Below are positions 55,463 to 64,000 of a stretch of 64,000 bases of DNA, piece by piece. Source of the DNA: Eledone cirrhosa (Eukaryota); the NCBI GenBank assembly GCA_964016885.1, contig OZ024741.1, positions 171,182,001 to 171,246,000 on the forward strand. Reading direction: 5' to 3'. Position 1 is the stretch's first letter. Every line of letters starts with the position of its first letter. The position numbers and the translations under genes were made by a program. The notes beneath the pieces were generated by a model. The model made no database searches and was not told the origin of the DNA. It saw nothing but the letters and a program-made list of their open reading frames with translations.

Positions 55463-55467
<5 letters not shown>
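54745..55467. mobile_element. Family A fold-back with mirror hammerheads at 54957-54997 (minus, GUA) and 55145-55185 (plus, GUG)
   Basis: Arms invert at ~55092; CGATG-CTGACGA-TAGCTAATAAGCTT-GAAA-CTAG-T(A/G)-CATCG. Confidence 0.88.
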
Positions 55468-55558
<91 letters not shown>

Positions 55559-56386
55559 GTATGTATGTGTGTAAGTATATATATATATATATATATATAC
55601 ACACCTGTCTCTGTGTAGTCTATGTAACTGTGTTTTTTAGTGTAATGGTGTACCACGGCATCTCAAGTGACATCCTTTTATGGTAAAAATGCAAGTTGAT
55701 CATTCAGTAGAGATCCATAATGTGTTTACTAATCTAATATATGTACTTGGGTTGAGAAGATCGACTACAAATACTTGACGTTGGAGACCTAGCATAACCA
55801 CAGTCCAATTACTGAACCAGAAAACAACTAAAGGAAAAATAACGAAATGCAATTAAAATGTGACATACATCAGAAATAGAAGTGGCAGGCATTCAAACTA
55901 ATATTATGATTTCTTGTTTTTTCCCTTGGTCAAGTGACAAGATTATTGCTCTCTTCGTTTAGTCTTTTGAAAGAGTGTTTATCTGCTTGGTGCATTTTCA
56001 CTCTCTCTGTCTCGAGCTCCCTACTCCGTTTCCATGTTTGCCACAGACTCATCCTGCTCTGCGTCGTATTATTTCATTCTCTGTTATCTTCTTCATTATC
56101 TTGTTTACGTTTCTGAACACTCACATATATGCACATTTATTTATTCGTCTATAAGATTTTCAAATATACAAGGTTATGGAAGCAGACTCATTATTGGAAA
56201 GTAGGTGGGCGAAAGAAAAGAAATCGTCTCAGAGGCCCTGTAAAGTGTTATGGACCAAACCCTTTCTATCCTAAGCATTAAAGAAACAAATACGTGCTTC
56301 TGCCCACAATTACCCACTAGATTTTGTTTAATCTTTTGATCCTTATTTTGGGCACATATGGTTTTGAGTAAGGCCTCATTTGACCA

Positions 56387-57240
56387 TCTATATATATAAA
56401 ACTGAGGTTGTCTCTCTGTCTGTCTCCTCCTAAACCGTGCGTTCAAATTTCGGTGAAATTGCTACACTTATAAATGATGGTACGGCGGAGACATCGGTCA
56501 AAAAAATTTTCAAATCGAACCACGCCAAGTGCAAAAATCGAATTTGTAATATATTGATTTTTCAGTTCAAATGTATAAATAGAGATGAGAGACGAGTTAT
56601 TTCCCTTGTATGGCATCATTCTGACGCGTGCAAAACTTTCGGGCCAGCAAAATTTTTACCTGCAAAATTCATGAGTTCGAAGTTTCAACATTAAGCTTCC
56701 ATTTTGCTTCATTTCTATTAAAAAGTCTTTTAAAACAATATTTTTACTTGAAAACAAGCCTATTTGAATACACTGTAAAACAAGCAAATATTTTGTAAAA
56801 AATGCATTGATCTCGAATAAAGCCTTATAAGATTTTTATTTAGACGCAATGATTTTAAACGCTAAACAGATAACGCATTTTTTTTTTTGTTTTTGTTTTT
56901 CATGTCCATCCAATTTCTTTGTTTTAAAATAACTGATGGTTTGGTTACGCTGTTGTTTTTCTTTGAGACACGTGTTGCAGTGTTTACATTTTCGATTTTT
57001 GTTAATAGATTACCAGTGCAGTTTTTATCCCCAGATCCTCTTTTGTTTTAACATTCGGGTTATGGTTATATTTTCTTAACTTCATAAGGCATACTGTTGG
57101 TTGAGGGCATATTAATCAAAAGTACCACATGAAAGTCTACACTGTAGACTCTACAGTTTTTAAGCCAAGAAAGGAACTTCATATTGTAACTTTAACACAG
57201 CTACTGAGCAACACCGAGCAACGCCGGGCTTTACTGTTAG
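56387..57240 (+). mobile_element. Non-autonomous Helitron
   Basis: A|TCTATATATATAAAACTGAGGTTGTC 5' end; 3' CCGAGCAACGCCGGG hairpin relic and TTAG|T; A/T target, no TSD. Confidence 0.75.
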
Positions 57241-57355
57241 TCCATAATATAAGCATTTGAACTTTGAACTTGGCATCTAGCTACAATCAAACAAAATCTA
57301 GGAGGCTACATAAAATTGAAAAGATTTTAATCTTATTAAAACGCCCCCCCCCCTT

Positions 57356-57447
<92 letters not shown>

Positions 57448-57521
57448 GTCGTCAAGTATGAAATATGTATACATTTCTTTCTACAAATTTCATACTTGGT
57501 GACCCACTATATATATATATA

Positions 57522-57642
57522 TAACGAAGGAGGTATGGCAAGAAGCCAGATGGACTATAACGTACCAGAGTACTTATATATATATATATAAGTACTCTGG
57601 TACGTTATAGTCCATCTGGTTTCTTACCATACCTCCTTCGTT
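57522..57642. repeat. Palindrome with ~55-nt arms and (TA)n at the centre and both flanks
   Basis: TAACGAAGGAGGTATGG..CCAGAGTACT(TA)nAGTACTCTGG..CCATACCTCCTTCGTTA. Confidence 0.9.
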
Positions 57643-57674
57643 ATATATATATGTGAATGATAAATGGCGAGCTG

Positions 57675-58474
57675 TATACATATATGTATACAGACGTACA
57701 GTAGTATGTATATATATATATATACATACATGCACACATATATATATGTACGTATGGGTTTACCGAACATTTATTATAATTCGGGGTGTTTGTAAACAAA
57801 CACCCCGAATTAAGCCGTACAGTGTTCGGCAACCATCGTTGCCCTTTTGTTCAACACGGACAAAGGAACGATGAACTGTTTCAAGCTTATTAGCTATCGT
57901 CAGCATCGTATACCTTCATGTCAGATGATTGAATGTTTGAAAGTATATACTTTCCTTATGCATATTAACGGGTGAGCAGCCTAAACAAGCAAACCGAACA
58001 TTATAATAAATGTTCGGTAAACCCATACGTACATATATATATATATATATATGTCTGTGCATGTATGTATATATATATACATACTACTGTACGTCTGTAT
58101 ACATATATGTATGTACGTATGCATACTTATATTTAAGTATAAGCCGTACTAAGAGTGAGAAATAAAATTTCGTTTCATTCTTTTCCATATATCGTATTCG
58201 GTACGCCCGGCCGACTAACTCACTCGATATGCAAATTAGGCTGCTCAGCCGTTTATATGCATAAGGAATGTATATACTTTCAAACGTTCAATCATCTGAC
58301 AGGAAGGTATACGATGCTGACGATAGCTAATAAGCTTGAAACTAGTCCATCGTTCCTTTATAATAAATGTTCGGTAAACCCATACGTACATATATATATA
58401 TATGTGTGTGCATGTATGTATATATATACATACAACTGTACGTCTGTATACATATATATATGTACGTATACATA

Positions 58475-58478
<4 letters not shown>
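57675..58478. mobile_element. Family A fold-back whose right arm is longer than one unit; hammerheads at 57869-57908 (minus) and 58312-58352 (plus, GUC)
   Basis: Inversion at ~57985; TAATAAATGTTCGGTAAACCCATACG occurs twice in the right arm. Confidence 0.85.
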
Positions 58479-58559
<81 letters not shown>

Positions 58560-58567
<8 letters not shown>

Positions 58568-59768
58568 CGTAAAATAAGAAAATTATAAAATTAACTTACT
58601 TACTAAAATATCACTTCCAACTAATTAGTTTCTGGAATGGAGTAAATATATTTTCCGAAGAAGATACAGAGAAACATTCCGTCGTCAGGGAAGACTATTC
58701 TCATCTAAGTTTCCAGGCAAAGCGAGGACTCTGGAAACTTATTAAAAAATAATTCAGTGGATAGGAAATAGCAAAGCGTGGACTGAATTCCTAGCCATTG
58801 AGAAAATCACTGCCTCTACGTCTGTGGCTAATTCAAAAAGAATCAATCACGTGGCATCGAGGTCAATCAGTGGAAAGTGGTTTGCTAATAAGACAGCGGC
58901 CTGCCTACTACCATAGCAGCAGTCATGGCCAATTTTGCTCGACAAATAATTTGGAGATAATTATAAAGAATTAATATCTAGTAACATATATATACATACA
59001 GATGCATATCAATGCTAGCAAATATATAGGTTTTGTCTTAGTAACATTGTGGTTCAATGCATGGGGTTGCAGAACAATAATATGAGAGACGTAAAATAAG
59101 AAAATTATAAAATTAACTTACTTACTAAAATATCACTTCCAACTAATTAGTTTCTGGAATGGAGTAAATATATTTTCCGAAGAAGATATGGAGAAACATT
59201 CCGTCGTCAGGGAAGACTATTCTCATCTAAGTTTCCAGACAAAGCGAGGACTCTGGAAACTTATTAAAAAATAATTCAGTGGATAGGAAATAGCAAAGCG
59301 TGGACTGAATTCCTAGCCATTGAGAAAATCACTGCCTCTGCGTCTGTGGCAAATTCAAAAAGAATCAATCACGTGGCATCGAGGTCATGCTGCTATGGTA
59401 GTAGGCAGGCCGCTGTCTTATTAGCAAACCACTTTCCACTGATTGACCTCGATGCCACGTGATTGATTCTTTTTGAATTTGCCACAGACGCAGAGGCAGT
59501 GATTTTCTCAATGGCTAGGAATTCAGTCCACGCTTTGCTATTTCCTATCCACTGAATTATTTTTTAATCAGTTTCCAGAGTCCTCGCTTTGCCTGGAAAC
59601 TTAGATGAGAATTGTCTTCCCTGACGACGGAATATTTCTCCGTATCTTCTTCGGAAAATATATTTACTCCATTCCAGAAACTAATTAGTTGGAAGTGATA
59701 TTTTAGTAAGTAAGTTAATTTTATAATTTTCTTATTTTACGTCTCTCATATTATTGTTTTGCAACCCC
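58560..59768. mobile_element. Family B: head-to-tail units (period 522) followed by an inverted copy from 59388
   Basis: TGAGAGACGTAAAATAAG at 58561 and 59082/59083; inverted copy to 59768; three hammerheads. Confidence 0.9.
59616..59695 (+). ncRNA. Type I hammerhead (family B); minus-strand copies at 58614-58693 and 59136-59215
   Basis: CTTCC-CTGACGA-C-GGAAT..ATTCC-A-GAAA-CTAATTAG-TT-GGAAG. Confidence 0.85.
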
Positions 59769-60892
59769 ATATATATCACGTCCTCTTTTGATTTTGGTCT
59801 GCAGACGTAACTGACCAAGGATTTGTACCTGGAAATTTCTGCTCTAAAGCACAATCTTCCCTTCGGCAGGGTGTTTTGTGGAAGTCTAGTGGCCGCATAT
59901 ACATAACACTCTCACCAATAGACGCATAAACTCCCAATGAACAAATTATGTGTCTCTGTATAACAGTTGATAGTTGGTTCATTTCAGATCAGATAAAAAA
60001 TTAGATTCACATATATATATATCTGAAATTGATTTTAGAAACAATGTAATATTTTCAATGCTAATTATTTTTGTCCTTTTTCTGTTGTTCAAGGTAGGCC
60101 ATCATTACTTCAGACCATTTCTATTAGACGATAAGCGAAAATGTATCCATCCCAACCATATTTGTGTGTGTGTGTGTGTGAGTGAGAAAGAGAAAATTTA
60201 TATGTGTGTGTGAAATATTTTGGGCTGCTGAATTATTGCGTTAGCTTCAGTGAATTCTCACTCATGAATACAGCTGTTTGTGAATTTGGGTGGATTAAAT
60301 ACTGAAATTGAATAAAGAATTAAATTACTAAAGCCTAATACAAGAAAATAAAGTTTTCGTTTGTATATTTATTTTCAAAACGAAAGAGAGAAAACACTGT
60401 TCCCTCTCTTTCACAAAAAGCATTCAAAACAGTCAAGGGAAAATTAGTTTACATGACGTAAATGGTGGTTATGAATGCGACAAAGAGAAACGTGTAGTTA
60501 GCTGTAGACGCACATAGCAGCTCACATACACATAAATATGGCTAGGACATATATATTTCCAGTATCTCCCACATTCTATTATATATATATATATAACAGA
60601 TTAAAGTTTAAGCAAAGAATCGCTGCTTTCACACTTAACGGGATCTTCTGAAACTAACAAAGTCAATCTGTGAACGCAGAAGTGAATATTTCAAAAAACG
60701 TTGCAACCGGAGGAAGAGAGGAAGACGATACTTTGGTTCGTGGAAGCGTTCCCTGGGAAAGAACGGGGAAAAAAACGAATATAATACGTCATTATTTGGA
60801 GCGGCGAAAAACAATTACACGCAAAGACAAAATACATACATATGTATGTATGAATGTATGTATGTATGTATGTATGTATGTATGTATGTATG

Positions 60893-60924
<32 letters not shown>

Positions 60925-61254
60925 AGGTAAACAGAAATAACAACACAATCGGTACAGTATATGGAAGGAATATATTAGGTTAACGCTTAAAATAGCAGGA
61001 TGCATGCTAATCCTTCATCAGAAGATATAATGAGAAATAAGATAGATTGAGGGGACTGGTGGGTTGGAATTGGAAAAAATGTCTTTAGATAAAAAAATAA
61101 CAGGTCCATTCATGTTGACATCTCTTGGAAAACTGTTGGTGCTGGCGTTTTGTGTATGATTTATTTTTTAGAAAAGTCGATGATGGAGCGCGTCTACCTG
61201 AAATGAAAAAAAAAACGTTTTGTAAAAAGAGCTCTATTTGTGCCCTTGCGTAAG

Positions 61255-61305
<51 letters not shown>

Positions 61306-61505
61306 ATACGTCCGTACGAAGATAAGAAGAAATGTAAGTAAAAGAGCGCGTGTTAATATAAGGGTGTGAAGGGAAAATATAAGGGAGTGAAGGGAAAAGT
61401 AGAGTGAGCATATTTAGTCGGTCTGTATTAGTTGTAAGAGATGTTAATGAGAGAGCGATCTAGCTGTCGAAACGACCGGAGCTCATCCGTCGGGGTCCTG
61501 ACTCT

Positions 61506-61571
<66 letters not shown>

Positions 61572-61626
61572 GTGAGGTTTTTTTTACAAAATGAAAAATA
61601 ACCGAGGTGTCCTACACGAGTGGAAG

Positions 61627-61920
61627 TATAAAGAAAAAGGGATGAAATCGAAAATGCAACTGAAGTCTTATTTTTTTTAAAAATATATATATTTATTTGG
61701 TTCCTTTACCGGTTTCGCAGTTCTTCTGCTTTTCAAAAGGTGAGTTGAGATGGAGGGTCTGTGGTTTTTCTCACATCTGAGAAAAACCACAGACCCTCCA
61801 TCTCAACTCACCTTTTGAAAAGCAGAAGAACTGCGAAACCGGTAAAGGAACCAAATAAATATATATATTTAAAAAAAAAATAAGACTTCAGTTGCATTTT
61901 CGATTTCATCCCTTTTTCTT

Positions 61921-61924
<4 letters not shown>
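61627..61924. repeat. Near-perfect fold-back (147-nt arms, 4-nt loop at 61774-61777) with mirror U3-A8 hammerheads
   Basis: Arms symmetric about 61775.5; right end abuts (TA)n. Confidence 0.92.
61811..61848 (+). ncRNA. Minimal hammerhead with compensatory U3-A8 core; mirror at 61703-61740
   Basis: CCTT-TTGAAAA-GCAG-AAGAA-CTGC-GAAA-CCGG-TA-AAGG. Confidence 0.8.
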
Positions 61925-61971
<47 letters not shown>

Positions 61972-62230
61972 TATGTTGTAGAAAATGTTTTGTTTTATGA
62001 AGGTTGGGACAATGCGAAGTGGACTGTAAAATTTATTTTCAATGAAGGTAACGAACGGGTTTGTGTTGCCTTGTATTTACTATCATTATAGTTTTGTTTA
62101 ATCCTAATATTTCGAGGCTTGATAATGCCTTCCTTGGAGTTTGGTGAACTCACAGAGTTAAACATTCTCGTCTTGTCGCTTTGATATTTGTTTTATATTT
62201 AAAATTCAAAATTGATTTTCAAGCATTGTG

Positions 62231-62273
62231 TTTGATTATAAATATGACGTCAATCGTCATATTTATAATCAAA
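62231..62273. repeat. 19-bp perfect hairpin
   Basis: TTTGATTATAAATATGACG-TCAAT-CGTCATATTTATAATCAAA. Confidence 0.85.
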
Positions 62274-62707
62274 TTTAAGTAAATTGTGTGTGTTAATTGC
62301 TGTTTTTTTGGCTGCTTGTGACTGCAACTTTTTATGGCAAGTATCGTGGACTTAGTTCTACATTATTGTTTATCTGTGAGTTGAGTTTACATATAAGCTG
62401 AGCTTCCTTTATTCTCAAGTAGTCCGCATTTCTATAGTTTCAATACTGACTGTTATGTTTTTGATGTGTTTTTTTTTGAATTTGTCAACCCCTCCATAAC
62501 CGCATTAAAGAAAGCATCCTCATTTAAAAGGAAAAATGACAAAAAGAAAAAAAGAAATACCAGAAAACACAAACATATTTGTCTTGATTTAAACTAAATT
62601 TTACAATTCATTTCGCATTGTCTTATCCTACTTAAAGCAAACAGTTTTCTACATTATACGTGATACAATGCTTCAAGTAAACTACATCATTCTATTATAT
62701 ATATATA

Positions 62708-63020
62708 TAATTGTTTCTACTTTTGGCACAAAGCCAGCAATTATCCAGTGTATTACTGGTACTTTATTTTATCGACCCTGTAAGGATGAAAGGCAAAGTT
62801 AACCTCGGCGGGATTTGAACTCGGAATGGCAAGGGCCGTAACACTATTATATATATATATATAATTGTTTCTACTTTAGGCACAAGGCCAGCAATTACCC
62901 AGTGCATTACTGGTACTTTATTTTATCGACCCCGTAAGGATGAAAGGCAAAGTCAACCTTGGCGGGATTTGAACTCAGATCGTAAAGGGACGTAACTATG
63001 CTGGAAAGCATGGCGCCCGA
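62708..63020 (-). mobile_element. Two tandem 5'-truncated tRNA SINE copies
   Basis: Reverse complement of SINE tail, core and B box at 62708-62845 and 62862-63020. Confidence 0.85.
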
Positions 63021-63250
63021 ATGCAAATGAGTACGTCCATTTCAGAATAATACTAAGAGCAAATGGATATGTATATACCCATTGAATAGACGTTTCCCTG
63101 TGATTGATTGGATGATATACACGTCTTCTAATGAGGGTCCAAATAGATCCGAAAATCGATTAATGATGTATATTATTCTTTTAACTTAAGGGAGGTTTTA
63201 TTTTCTGGTATGATTACATGCCTACATATTAGATAGAATTATATATATAA

Positions 63251-63287
<37 letters not shown>

Positions 63288-64000
63288 TGTGTGTGTGGGT
63301 GTGGGTGTGTGTGTGTATTGGGTCAGTCTTGGTTAGATACTGTATTTATACAGATATAGCTGTATTATACGCTTCAGCTGCTAACGCACTTCTCAATATA
63401 TATCTTAATTAATTCGTCACTTTTGTAATACATTGTTGAGTGTCTAGTTCTACCTGTGCGAAACGAAACGAAATATAACGAAATGCAAGTTATGGTTCAA
63501 GTGTGTGTGCCTACTGTCCACTATAAGTAATTGCCACTATAATAGCGTACTCTCTCTTATTCAGTAAATATCCTTTAGTACCTCATTTCTCTATCAGACA
63601 ATTTTTCGTTTGAGTTGGTGTCAGATATTCTAGTCTTCTATTTTTTCAATTTCCTATGAAACCGTTCTTCTGATGGTGTCACGGACTTTTCTTGCTGAAA
63701 TCAGCAAGACAGCAATTCTCGCATAATGTCAGCATTATACATTTTATGGACAATCTAGTTACTGTGTTGGTAAATGAGAGATAATTCTTGGCCATTATGC
63801 TTGTGTTGTGGTGGATATTGATATCGATGTTATTGCGTTTGTTGTTTGAGTTTCTCTAGTTGCTGTTAATGGTAGTGGCAGTCTTATGGAGGATAGCAGA
63901 AGGTTTGGAGGTTAAAACGTTGCAAAAGGATTATTTGAGGAATTACAATAATCTCTGTTGTTTTTAGATGTTCTGTTGGTAATTTTTTCTATTATGGCTT

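Overview
AT-rich, microsatellite-dense animal DNA made almost entirely of mobile elements. The SINE family and repeat landscape suggest an octopod cephalopod, but this is inference. No intact host gene is supported, and most listed ORFs are translated (TA)n/(CA)n repeats. Recognisable elements: a decayed Helitron (Rep/Pif1 helicase), two tandem RLE-type (R4/Dong-like) LINEs between (CATA)n tracts, a mariner relic, many tRNA-derived SINEs, and several Penelope-like element (PLE) fragments with RT and GIY-YIG domains. The main hidden signal is a dense set of minimal type I hammerhead ribozyme (HHR) motifs, about 20 near-intact plus degenerate copies, from several sequence families with covarying stems. 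They occur in PLE termini and in non-coding ~425-nt and ~520-540-nt units inserted in (TA)n tracts as circularly permuted monomers, head-to-tail multimers and fold-back palindromes. In every fold-back whose orientation could be read, the RNA 3' ends point outward into the flanking repeat tracts. This looks like a PLE-driven, microsatellite-targeted retrozyme/circular-RNA system. All folds and alignments were done by eye and need computational and experimental confirmation.
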